NCBI GenBank assembly: GCA_963701125.1
Contig: OY969568.1
Location: 2,895,504 to 2,959,503, forward strand
Direction: 5' to 3'
Length of the DNA: 64,000 nucleotides
From: an uncultured Actinomycetes bacterium
Lineage (GTDB): Bacteria; Actinomycetota; Thermoleophilia; Gaiellales; JAICJC01
The position numbers and the translations under genes are program-made. Positions 1-8,493 of the stretch are shown piece after piece. The stretch's first letter is position 1. Each line of letters begins with the position of its first letter. The notes below the pieces were generated by a model that made no database searches, was not told where the DNA came from, and worked only from the letters and a program-made list of their open reading frames with translations.

Positions 1-34
1 GAAGGGCAGGTTCGAGGTCTACCGGGTCGGGCCG

Positions 35-304
35 ATGACGCTCGGCCGGGCGACATACGAGCCCGGCTGGCGCTGGACCGAGCACGTCGGCGCGCGATCC
101 GGCCAGACGTCCTGCCAGGTCGAGCACGTTGGCCTCGTGCTGAGCGGCGCCGCGATGGCGAAGATGGACGACGGCACCGAGCGGATCATGCGCGCAGGCG
201 AGTTTTTCTATGTCCCGCCTGGCCACGACAGCTGGGTCGTCGGCGACGAGCCGTACGTGTCGCTGCACATCATGGGCAGCGAGGGCTACGCCGCGAACGA
301 GTAG
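35..304 (+). CDS. cupin-domain protein
   Basis: 89-aa ORF with small beta-barrel cupin-like motifs (VEHVGLVLSG ... FFYVPPGHDSWVVG). Coding-type codon bias. Confidence 0.55.
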   Translation: MTLGRATYEPGWRWTEHVGARSGQTSCQVEHVGLVLSGAAMAKMDDGTERIMRAGEFFYVPPGHDSWVVGDEPYVSLHIMGSEGYAANE

Positions 305-321
305 GCGGGTCGCCGGGCGGG

Positions 322-452
322 GCGACGCCAAGTGGCACATGCTGTGCGCGCCAAGTGGCGCCTCCTGAACTCGCAATTGGCAGTCGCGGCGTACGCCAAG
401 TGGCACGGCCGGAACCCGCGATTTGGCACGTGCCGTTCGCGCCAAGTGGCGC
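322..452. repeat. array of TGGCA-containing repeats: 4x CGCCAAGTGGC(A/G)C plus 2x (A/T)TTGGCA
   Basis: Read directly. CGCCAAGTGGCAC at ~326 and ~394, CGCCAAGTGGCGC at ~349 and ~441, AATTGGCAG at ~376, ATTTGGCACGTGCC at ~421 (contains the 10-bp palindrome GGCACGTGCC). Lies between two convergent gene ends. Confidence 0.7.
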
Positions 453-492
453 GCGCCGCCGAAACCCCCGCCGGGCCCAGGACGTCTGAGCG

Positions 493-1026
493 TCAGCTCC
501 CCGAGTAATACGGGTTGCGCACATCGTCGCGGCGCTCGACGAGGGAGCGGGCGGCGTCCGGATCGCGGCCGGTCACGGCCATGCCGACCGCCTTGCGGCT
601 CGCGACGCGCGCGGCGGCGCGGACGGCGGTTTCGTCGGTCGCGCCGGTGTCGATCCAGACGGCGACGAAGACGATGGTGTCGTCGGTCGGCTCGAGCAGG
701 CCGTCGGCGACCGCGTCGAGCACGCCCTGGCCGATGCCGAGCTGCGTCGCTCCGTACGTGATCTTGCCGTGGCGGTCGCCCGCGATCGTGGCCTTGTTCA
801 TCATCACGGTCGGGGGCCAGACCGGCTCGTAGTGATCCTTGTCGGGGCCGACGCAGACGAGGATCGGGCTGTGGCCCTGGCGTGGCGTCGTGAACGCCGT
901 CATCAGGGCGGCAGCCGTGTGGCTGCCGCGGCGGGCGAGCACGACATTCACGTGGCATCCGTCCGGATCCGTGCCCGACCAACCCTCACCGATCGCCCCG
1001 TCGATGCTGCGCTCGCGCTCGCTCAT
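493..1026 (-). CDS. fae: formaldehyde-activating enzyme (Fae) family protein
   Basis: 177 aa. The N-terminal IGEGW..G....HVNVVLA.RGS pattern and overall length and layout recall Fae/Fae-Hps family proteins. Recognised from memory, not searched. Confidence 0.65.
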   Translation of the reverse strand: MSERERSIDGAIGEGWSGTDPDGCHVNVVLARRGSHTAAALMTAFTTPRQGHSPILVCVGPDKDHYEPVWPPTVMMNKATIAGDRHGKITYGATQLGIGQGVLDAVADGLLEPTDDTIVFVAVWIDTGATDETAVRAAARVASRKAVGMAVTGRDPDAARSLVERRDDVRNPYYSGS

Positions 1027-1141
1027 CCACTCGCTCCTTTGGCCGTGTGGTCATCGCCGCGGCGGGGATCGTCAGGCCGCAGACACGCTGGTAGGCTAGA
1101 GCGAGAAGGCGGAAAACGGGGCCACGGGGAGGTGGGACTCC

Positions 1142-2305
1142 ATGGGCGTGACCCAGCGACGCGCGATCGTCTGCGTGCTGGTTTCGGCTGCACTTGCGGT
1201 GCTCGTCGGTGGCGCGACGGACGGCGGGACGGCGGTTGCCGCCGCACCGGGGACGATGGTGGCCTGGGGCAGCGATGCCGACGGCCAGCTCGGAAACGGC
1301 GCCGGCGGCGGTCACCTCAAGCCGGGCGCCGTCTCCGGCCTGACGGGTGTGACCCAGATGGACGGAGGGCGCGAGCATGTCGTCGTGCTCAAGTCGACGG
1401 GCACCGTGTGGGCATGGGGGCTGAACAACGACGGCCAGGTGGGCGACGGCACGAAGGTCAACCGCACGGCGCCGGTACAGGTCAAGGGCCTCACCGGTGT
1501 GAAGGACGTTGCCACCGGCCACTACTCGAGCATGGCGCTCAAGAGCACGGGCACCGTCTGGATGTGGGGCCTCAACAACTTCGGCCAGCTCGGCAACGGC
1601 ACGAACACGTCGAGCGATGTGCCCGTGCAGGTGAAGGGGCTCACGAACGTGGTCGCGATCGCGGGCGCGCGCGACCACTCGCTGGCCGTGAGGTCGAACG
1701 GGACGGTGTGGGCGTGGGGCGACAATGAGTTCGGCAACCTCGGCAACGGCACGACCACGTCGAGCAACGTGCCGGTGCAGGTGAAGGGGCTCACCAACGT
1801 CGTGTTCGTGGCCGGCGGCCGCGACCACAGCATCGCGGTCGAGAAGAACGGCTCGGTGTGGACGTGGGGCTGGAACGCCTACGGCCAGATCGGCGACGGC
1901 ACGAAGACGAACCGCACGGTGCCTGTGCGCGTCCCCGGCGTGAACAGGGTGATCATGGCGGCGGCGGGCGCGAACCACAGCCTGGCGCTGACGTCCAACG
2001 GCGTGATCTGGGCCTGGGGCCAGAACACCTTCGGCCAGCTCGGCGACGGCACCGGCGTCAGCCGGGTGAGCCCCGTGCGGGTGGTCGGCGTGACGAACGT
2101 CGTCTCGATCGGCGCCGGCCGGCTGCATTCGCTTGCGATCGAGTCCAACGGCTCGGTGTGGACGTGGGGTGACAACGACCTGGGCCAGCTCGGCGACGGC
2201 ACCACCGCGAACCGCTTGCAGCCCGTCCACATCGCGGGCGTCACGGGCGCCGAGGAGGTCGCCGGCGGCCGCGACTACAGCGTCGCGCTCGTCGCCTCGC
2301 CGTGA
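1142..2305 (+). CDS. secreted RCC1-repeat (beta-propeller) protein
   Basis: 387 aa. N-terminal signal-like hydrophobic segment followed by about 7 tandem repeats of V(W/M)(A/T)WG.N..GQLG(N/D)GT, the RCC1 signature. Confidence 0.85.
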   Translation: MGVTQRRAIVCVLVSAALAVLVGGATDGGTAVAAAPGTMVAWGSDADGQLGNGAGGGHLKPGAVSGLTGVTQMDGGREHVVVLKSTGTVWAWGLNNDGQVGDGTKVNRTAPVQVKGLTGVKDVATGHYSSMALKSTGTVWMWGLNNFGQLGNGTNTSSDVPVQVKGLTNVVAIAGARDHSLAVRSNGTVWAWGDNEFGNLGNGTTTSSNVPVQVKGLTNVVFVAGGRDHSIAVEKNGSVWTWGWNAYGQIGDGTKTNRTVPVRVPGVNRVIMAAAGANHSLALTSNGVIWAWGQNTFGQLGDGTGVSRVSPVRVVGVTNVVSIGAGRLHSLAIESNGSVWTWGDNDLGQLGDGTTANRLQPVHIAGVTGAEEVAGGRDYSVALVASP

Positions 2306-2311
2306 CCCGGC

Positions 2312-3094
2312 TCAGGCGTCCCGCGTGACGGTGCGCCAGCAGCCTGCGAGCAGCGGCACGACGACCCAGCCCGCAAGCACCAGGATGGCGGCGGCGAGCG
2401 AGACATGCAGGGCCTGGGCGGCATCCCCACCGCCGCCGCCCGCGCCCGTGAAGGGCTGCACCCGTGTCGTCGCTGCCGAGAGCAGGAGCTCGCGCAGGAC
2501 GCCGAGCTGCGAGATGTTCAGGACGAGGGGCGTGACCGCGAGCTGCCAGCCGAGCAGGACGCCGATCGAGATGCCACGCGATCCGATCAGCGATGCGACC
2601 CCCAGCGACGCGATGGCGGCGATCGCCGTGACCATCAGCACCCACAGCCCGTCCTTGACGATCGCCGTCGCACCGGGCGTCGGCAGGTTGCCGGCGAACG
2701 CGAAGTCGAACGCGACGGCGACGGCATAGGCGACGAGCACGAGCGGCACCCAGAAGAGCAGCGTGCCGGGCACGCGCGCGGCAAAGAGCGCGACCCGCGA
2801 ACGGCCCGTGACGATCAGGTCGCGCATCACCCCGGAGCTCAGGTCGCTCGTCCCGACGGTGCTGCCGAGGATCGCTGCGGCCACCGACCCGACGAAGCTG
2901 ATCACGAGCAGGCCGTGGCGCAGGTTGTCGGCGCCGCCGGCCGGCCCGTTGTTCGCGGAGTCGTTCAGGTGGAAGCCCTGGCCGATCAGGTACAGGGCAG
3001 CCACCGCGCCGCTCGTCATCAGCACCATCCAGATGAAGAGGGCACGGTTCTTGCGCAGCCGCAGCAGCTCGGCGGTGACCATGCGCATGCTCAC
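2312..3094 (-). CDS. ABC-2 type transporter permease
   Basis: 260 aa, about 6 hydrophobic spans. Overlaps the upstream ATPase gene by 4 nt (translational coupling). Confidence 0.7.
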   Translation of the reverse strand: MSMRMVTAELLRLRKNRALFIWMVLMTSGAVAALYLIGQGFHLNDSANNGPAGGADNLRHGLLVISFVGSVAAAILGSTVGTSDLSSGVMRDLIVTGRSRVALFAARVPGTLLFWVPLVLVAYAVAVAFDFAFAGNLPTPGATAIVKDGLWVLMVTAIAAIASLGVASLIGSRGISIGVLLGWQLAVTPLVLNISQLGVLRELLLSAATTRVQPFTGAGGGGGDAAQALHVSLAAAILVLAGWVVVPLLAGCWRTVTRDA

Positions 3095-4041
3095 GCCGGC
3101 GCTCCCAGCCGCGACGTGACTTCGAGGAAGCGGGCCTCGAGGGACACCCGGGCAGGCTCGAGCCGGTGCACGGCGATGCCCGCCTCGACCAGCCGCCGGT
3201 TGATGTCGGCGATGGCGGCATCGGCGGTGTCGGCCAGCACCACCCGCAGGTCGCCGTCCTCATCCACGGTTTCGGCGACGGCGGGGTGGTCGCGCAGCAT
3301 CCGGGCGGCGGCGGCCACATCGTCGCACCCGATCGTCATCGTCGGCCGGCCGCCCGCGGCCATCTCGGCCACGGTGCCCTGCATGAGGATCCGGCCCTGG
3401 TCGACGATCGCGACCATGTCGCAGATCTTCTCCACCTCATCGAGCAGGTGCGACGAGAGGAAGACGGTGCGGCCCTCGTGGACCATCTCGCGCACGAACG
3501 TGCGGAACTCGGTGATGCCGGCCGGGTCGAGGCCGTTCGTCGGCTCGTCCAGGATCAGCAGCTCGGGCTCGGCGAGCAGGCACCGGGCGATCCCGAGCCG
3601 CTGGCGCATGCCCATCGAGTAGGACTTGACGCGATCGTCGGCGCGCTCGGTCATGCCGACCCGCTCGAGCGCGCCGGGAATGCGGGCGTCGGCGTCGGGC
3701 TCGCGACAGGCGGCGGCGATGCGCAGGTTCTCGCGCCCGGTGAGGTGGCGGTGAAACCGCGGCTCCTCGACGACCGCGCCGACGCGGGCGAGCGCCTCGG
3801 CGCGGCGGGCCGGGACGGGCAGGCCGAGCAGATGCATCTCGCCGGCTGACGCGTGCGTGAGCCCGAGCAGCGTGCGGATCAGGGTCGTCTTACCGGCGCC
3901 GTTTGGCCCCAGAAAGCCGAACGCGACCCCGCGTGGCACCAGGAGGTCGGCCTCGGCGAGTGCGGCCCGGTCGCCGAACCGCTTGGTGAGGCCGGCCGTC
4001 TCGATCGCGGGCGAGGTGGGACTCGTATCCGTTGCTGCCAT
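3091..4041 (-). CDS. ABC transporter ATP-binding protein (DrrA/ABC-2 type)
   Basis: Walker A GPNGAGKTT, signature YSMGMRQRLG, Walker B LLILDEPTNGLD, H-loop SSHLL. Confidence 0.9.
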   Translation of the reverse strand: MAATDTSPTSPAIETAGLTKRFGDRAALAEADLLVPRGVAFGFLGPNGAGKTTLIRTLLGLTHASAGEMHLLGLPVPARRAEALARVGAVVEEPRFHRHLTGRENLRIAAACREPDADARIPGALERVGMTERADDRVKSYSMGMRQRLGIARCLLAEPELLILDEPTNGLDPAGITEFRTFVREMVHEGRTVFLSSHLLDEVEKICDMVAIVDQGRILMQGTVAEMAAGGRPTMTIGCDDVAAAARMLRDHPAVAETVDEDGDLRVVLADTADAAIADINRRLVEAGIAVHRLEPARVSLEARFLEVTSRLGAPA

Positions 4042-4196
4042 CCGACCCAGCGTAGCCCCGTCCGGACAGTTTGGTCGCGGCGGGCGAAATCGGACTCCAA
4101 TCTGGGCCGCTCACACCCGATCCACAGCCGCCGCCCGTCGCGTATGCAGACCGCTCTCGTAGCGTGGTGGACGACCCCGAGATATGGAGGTGATCG

Positions 4197-4454
4197 ATGA
4201 GAAGTCAGAGACTCCGCCACCCGCGCCGCCTCGCCGCCATCGTGGCGGTGCTGGCCGCGATCGGCATCGGCGGAGCCGGCGTCGCGACCGCGGCGACCGG
4301 ATCAAGCGCCCCCGCGCGGGCAGCCCACACCCGCGTGGCGGCCGTGCCGGTCGCGAGCACGACGAGCACGCCTCGCAAGGCGGCCCCGAAGGCGCGAAGC
4401 GGAGCCCACCCGCATTCGTGCCCTCACACGGGCACCGCCCCCGCGCCGTCGTGA
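4197..4454 (+). CDS. small secreted protein (hypothetical)
   Basis: 85 aa. GGAGG about 7 nt upstream of the ATG, signal-peptide-like N-terminus, HPHSCPH motif. No family recognised. Confidence 0.35.
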   Translation: MRSQRLRHPRRLAAIVAVLAAIGIGGAGVATAATGSSAPARAAHTRVAAVPVASTTSTPRKAAPKARSGAHPHSCPHTGTAPAPS

Positions 4455-4505
4455 GCGAACGGGTGGACGGCCCGGCACGTCCCTGCCGGGCCGCCCACCC
4501 CGCCG

Positions 4506-5666
4506 CTACCGCACGTAGGTCGGCACCGTGAGCGTCGCCGTGGCCGGCGTGACGGTCTCGGCACCGGTGTCGAAGAGGACCCGAAGCGGCGAGCCTGCGG
4601 CCGTGAGCGTGCCCTGGTAGCGCGTGATCGTGTAGTGGTAGGTGTGCCGCTCCCACGTGCAGGAGTGCCCCGGCGAGACGTGCGCCGCGCCGGTCGAGCG
4701 GAACACGCTGCTGCCGCTCATGAACATCGTCCCGACGGTGCGAACCGCGACGCGGACGCCGCCACCGGCCATGCGCACCCGGCGGCCGATGTCGGTACCC
4801 GGGCCGACGCCGAGAGCGGCGTGGTCGATGCCGTCGGGGCCGAACGGGTTGGACTGGGTGACGCCGATCTGCGTCAGCCGCGCGCCGCCGAAGCCGCGCT
4901 GGTCGATCCAGTACGAGGTCAGCCCCGCGTGCTGGATCGTCGTGCCGGCGCACTGGGGCCGGAAGATCGGCGCCGCGTCGCCGGCGAAGGTCGTGCAGCC
5001 CGGGTCGTGGATCATGGTGGCGGTCGTGGGTGCGGTCGTGATGTCGCCGAAGAAGGGCGTCGTCCCGGTCACGACCCTGAACGTCGCCGCCGAAAGCGTG
5101 CCGCTCGCGATCTGGAAGGTGCCGCGCCCGCCGCCGAGCAGGGTGCACGGCGTCTGCTCGACAGGGCCGGTGGCGTGAAAGCGCATGTCGATGGAGGTTG
5201 GGCTGATCGTCGATCCCGTTCGCAGCGTCGCCGCGGTGAGGCCGGCGTTCGCGGTCAGGTGCACTCCGGTGAGCGGCGCGTAGCCGTACAGGTGGTCCTG
5301 CTCGCCGGTGATGATCCCGTCGCCCGCGGCCACACGGTCGAGCTCCACGTCGAGCTGCGGCGGCTGGTCGAACGCCGCGGGCGCCGTCTGTGCGCTCACG
5401 TCCATCTGGTATGTCACGCCGTTCACAGTCACGTCGACCGGGTCGGCGAAGAGCGACATCGACGCCAGGCTCGGGGCGGCGGTGCCGGGCAGGAGCGCGG
5501 CCATGCGGTGAAGCAGGCCGGCCTTCGGGGCAAGCGATGCCAGCAGGCGCGGGCTGAACTCGACCCGGCGGGATGGGTGGGTCGCCGCGGTTGCCGGGGC
5601 GCCTGTTGCGGCGAGCGCCGCGCCGGCGATCGCGACCGCCGCTGCGAACCGCCTGTAGCTCGTCAT
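4506..5666 (-). CDS. secreted hypothetical protein
   Basis: Internal ATG (MTSYRRFAAAVAIAGAALAATGAPATA) with GGAGG upstream. Signal peptide followed by a Thr/Gly-rich beta-type sequence. No family recognised. Confidence 0.55.
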   Translation of the reverse strand: MTSYRRFAAAVAIAGAALAATGAPATAATHPSRRVEFSPRLLASLAPKAGLLHRMAALLPGTAAPSLASMSLFADPVDVTVNGVTYQMDVSAQTAPAAFDQPPQLDVELDRVAAGDGIITGEQDHLYGYAPLTGVHLTANAGLTAATLRTGSTISPTSIDMRFHATGPVEQTPCTLLGGGRGTFQIASGTLSAATFRVVTGTTPFFGDITTAPTTATMIHDPGCTTFAGDAAPIFRPQCAGTTIQHAGLTSYWIDQRGFGGARLTQIGVTQSNPFGPDGIDHAALGVGPGTDIGRRVRMAGGGVRVAVRTVGTMFMSGSSVFRSTGAAHVSPGHSCTWERHTYHYTITRYQGTLTAAGSPLRVLFDTGAETVTPATATLTVPTYVR

Positions 5667-5737
5667 TTGCACGTCCGCCTCCTTCGCCTGTTGCCCCAAA
5701 TGTACGGGCAAATGACAAACGTGCAAAACCGGGTAGA

Positions 5738-6979
5738 TCAATCAGACGTGAACACCGTGACGGGCTCGGGATCGAGGTCGTCGAAGCGGTCGATGCGGCG
5801 CAGCTGCGGGAACCTCCACGCCCACACCACCGCGACGCCGATCGAGGCGGCGCCGCCGAGCACGACCGCCGGGACGGCGCCGATGAGCGCCGCCGCCGCG
5901 CCCGACTCGAACGCGCCCAGCTCGTTCGATGCGCCGATGAACACCCGCTCGACCGCGCTGACGCGGCCGCGCAGCGCCGGGGGCGTGAGCAGAGGCGAGA
6001 GCGTGCTCCGCACGACCATGCTGACCATGTCGGCGCCGGCGAGCGCGGCCAGTGCGAGCAGCGAGAGCACGAAGTTGCGCGACAGCCCGAACACGATCGT
6101 GAACGCACCGAACAGGGCGACGACGGTGAAGAGCGTCTCCCCGACGCGCCTGCGCAGCGGACGGGCCGAGATGAACGCGCCCACCACCACGGCGCCCACG
6201 CCCGGGGCGGCGCGCAGGATGCCGTTACCCGCGGCGCCGACATGCAGGATGTCGCGTGCGAACACGGGCAGGAGCGCCGTCGCTCCGCCGAAGAGCACGG
6301 CCATCAGGTCGAGCGAGATCGCGCCGAGCAGCGGAGGGCTGCGGAAGATCAGCCGCACTCCTTCGAGCACGTCGGAGAGCCGCGGCTCGTGCTCGCCCTG
6401 ATGGGCGATGCCGATCCGCCGCGGCACCAACGGCAGGAGCGCCGCGGCGGCGGCCGCGAAGGCGGCGGCGAACAGGTAGGGCGCGGGCGCCCCGAGGGCC
6501 TGCGTGAGCCCGCCCAGAGCCGGGCCCGCCACCATCGCGGCCTGCCCCGCCGAGGTCACCATCGCGAACGTCTGGGCCAGGTCGGCCGCGTCGATCCCGG
6601 CCGCAAGCAGCGGGCCGAGGGTCGGGCCGACGAACGCGTTCCCGACGCCCCAGCCGAAGGCGAGCAGGTAGAGGGGCCAGACCGCGGTGTCGCCCGCCGC
6701 CGCATCGAGCGCGAGCGCGACCGCGATCACGGCGCCCGTGACCAGGCCGGCGGCGGCCACCGTGCGGCGGTCGTGGCGGTCGATGACGTGGCCGGCGGGG
6801 AGTGCGAGCAGCGCGGCCGGCACGAACTCGGCCAGACCCAGGAGCCCGAGGACGAGCGGGTCGTGCCGGCGCGCGTAGGCCTGCCATCCAAGCGCGGTCG
6901 CCGTTGAGCCGAGCGCGAGGCTCGTGAGCACCTCGACGAGCACCATCACGGTGACCATGCGGCTCTCCTGCCGGAACAT
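5738..6979 (-). CDS. MFS transporter
   Basis: C-terminal ~413 aa of the 913-aa track ORF. About 12 hydrophobic spans and MFS-like loop motifs. The start is taken at MFRQESRMVTV; 6958 is an alternative. The upstream part of the track ORF is antisense to the kinase gene and spurious. Confidence 0.8.
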   Translation of the reverse strand: MFRQESRMVTVMVLVEVLTSLALGSTATALGWQAYARRHDPLVLGLLGLAEFVPAALLALPAGHVIDRHDRRTVAAAGLVTGAVIAVALALDAAAGDTAVWPLYLLAFGWGVGNAFVGPTLGPLLAAGIDAADLAQTFAMVTSAGQAAMVAGPALGGLTQALGAPAPYLFAAAFAAAAAALLPLVPRRIGIAHQGEHEPRLSDVLEGVRLIFRSPPLLGAISLDLMAVLFGGATALLPVFARDILHVGAAGNGILRAAPGVGAVVVGAFISARPLRRRVGETLFTVVALFGAFTIVFGLSRNFVLSLLALAALAGADMVSMVVRSTLSPLLTPPALRGRVSAVERVFIGASNELGAFESGAAAALIGAVPAVVLGGAASIGVAVVWAWRFPQLRRIDRFDDLDPEPVTVFTSD

Positions 6980-7117
6980 CGCTCCGCACTCTAGGGTGGC
7001 CGGCCGCGGCGGCCGGCTGGCGGTTGCCCGGGCGGCTGGAAATACCCCCCAGGAGGCGGAGACAGCTACGCAGATTCGGGGAGGGGCCGCGTCCGTCGCC
7101 CGCTCTAGCATCCGGGC

Positions 7118-8377
7118 ATGGTGCCGGGCACGCCGACCGAAGACGCGACCGCAGCGGCCGACCCGGTTGTGACGGTGCGGCGGGTGGCGGCGCCGGCCGG
7201 CGATCGCGGCTCCTCGGCGGCCCGGCCGATTCGTCTGCTCCTGATCGAGGCCGACGAGGTCGCCGCGCGGCAGCTGCAGCGCCAGATCGCCGAGTTCGAC
7301 GCGGCGTTCGAGGTCAGCACCGCCGGTCGCCTTGACGCCGGCGTCGCGCACATCGCCTCGACCGCGACCGATGCCGTGCTCGTCGACCTGAGCCTGCCCG
7401 ACAGCGAGGGCCTGCAGACACTCGAGACGCTGCTCGCGGCCGTGTCGGACCTCCCGGTCGTGGTGCTCGCCGGGCGTGACGACGCCGCGCTCGGTCTGCG
7501 TGCGCTGGGCGCCGGTGCGAGCGACTACCTGCTCAAGGGCAGCACGAGCGGCGATCTGGTCGCGCGGGCCGCGCAGTACGCGATCGAGCGGTCGCGCCTG
7601 CTCGTCGCCGAACGCGAGAGCCGCCGCGACGCCGAGGCCGCGCGCGACACCGCACTGCGTGCCCAGCGGGCGCTCGAGACGAGCGAGAAGCGCCGTCGTG
7701 CGCTGCTCGGCTCGATGCTGCGGGCCGAGGAGGCCGAGCGCCAGCGGATCGCGGTCGAGCTGCACGACGACACGATCCAGGTGATGGTGGCCGCGCTCGT
7801 GGGCATGGACGCCTGCCAGGCGACGATCGACCGCGACGATCCGGGCGGCGCCCTCGAGAGCATGGCCCGGGCGCGCGCGACGCTGGCCGAGGCCGTCGAC
7901 CGCGTCCGCAGGATGAGCTTCGAGCTGCGGCCGCCGCTGCTCGATGCGCAGGGCCTCGGGCCGGCGGTCGCCGACCTCGTCGACGAGGTGGCCGCCGAGT
8001 GCGGCCTCGAGACGCAGGTCGAGGTGTCGGTGCGCCGGTACGCGCCCGAGATCGAGATCCTGACCTACCGCACCGTTCGCGAGCTGGTCGCAAACGTGCG
8101 CAAGCATGCCCGTGCGGAGCGCGTGGATCTGCGCCTGCACGAGCACGGTGCGGCGCTCGTGTGCGTGCTCGCCGACGACGGCGTCGGGTTCGACGCGGCC
8201 CGGTTCGAGCAGCCGACCGGCAGGCGCGGCATGCGCCTGCACCTCGGCCTCGATGCGACCATCGAGCGTGTCCGGATCGCCGGCGGCGCCTTCGCGATCG
8301 ACTCGCGCGCCGGCGGCGGCACGTCGGTGCGCTTCACGGTGCCCATCCACCGGCAGGGAGACGTGCGGCCCGGCTAG
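7118..8377 (+). CDS. hybrid receiver-histidine kinase (REC + HisKA_3 + HATPase_c)
   Basis: Receiver motifs (RLLLIEADE ... VLVDLSLPD ... DYLLKG). Coiled linker. HisKA_3 H-box (ERQRIAVELHDDTIQ). ATPase N/G boxes (NVRKHA ... DDGVGF ... GGTSVRFTVP). The exact start is uncertain. Confidence 0.8.
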   Translation: MVPGTPTEDATAAADPVVTVRRVAAPAGDRGSSAARPIRLLLIEADEVAARQLQRQIAEFDAAFEVSTAGRLDAGVAHIASTATDAVLVDLSLPDSEGLQTLETLLAAVSDLPVVVLAGRDDAALGLRALGAGASDYLLKGSTSGDLVARAAQYAIERSRLLVAERESRRDAEAARDTALRAQRALETSEKRRRALLGSMLRAEEAERQRIAVELHDDTIQVMVAALVGMDACQATIDRDDPGGALESMARARATLAEAVDRVRRMSFELRPPLLDAQGLGPAVADLVDEVAAECGLETQVEVSVRRYAPEIEILTYRTVRELVANVRKHARAERVDLRLHEHGAALVCVLADDGVGFDAARFEQPTGRRGMRLHLGLDATIERVRIAGGAFAIDSRAGGGTSVRFTVPIHRQGDVRPG

Positions 8378-8493
8378 CCTGGAGGATTGTTGGAGCCACG
8401 TTGGGGCCGGGTTGCACGGCGCGCACGCGTCTTTACCCTGGGTGTAGCCCGAGGCAGGGCGCGAAGCCGTCGTACTCATGTGGGAGGGGCCAA

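Noticed and set aside
334-352. Sigma-54 promoter reading of TGGCAC-ATGCT-GTGC (GG-N10-GC spacing).
   Set aside because: Only one of the six TGGCA repeats has the right spacing. The -12 element is GTGC rather than TTGC. The site lies downstream of both flanking genes, with nothing to transcribe. The genome looks actinobacterium-like, where RpoN is generally absent. It is kept only as part of the repeat-array finding.
1300-2250. Periodic DNA repeats that could be mistaken for a CRISPR or tandem-repeat array.
   Set aside because: They are the coding repeats of the RCC1 propeller (about 150-nt period, imperfect, in-frame). There are no short identical direct repeats with unique spacers anywhere in the window.
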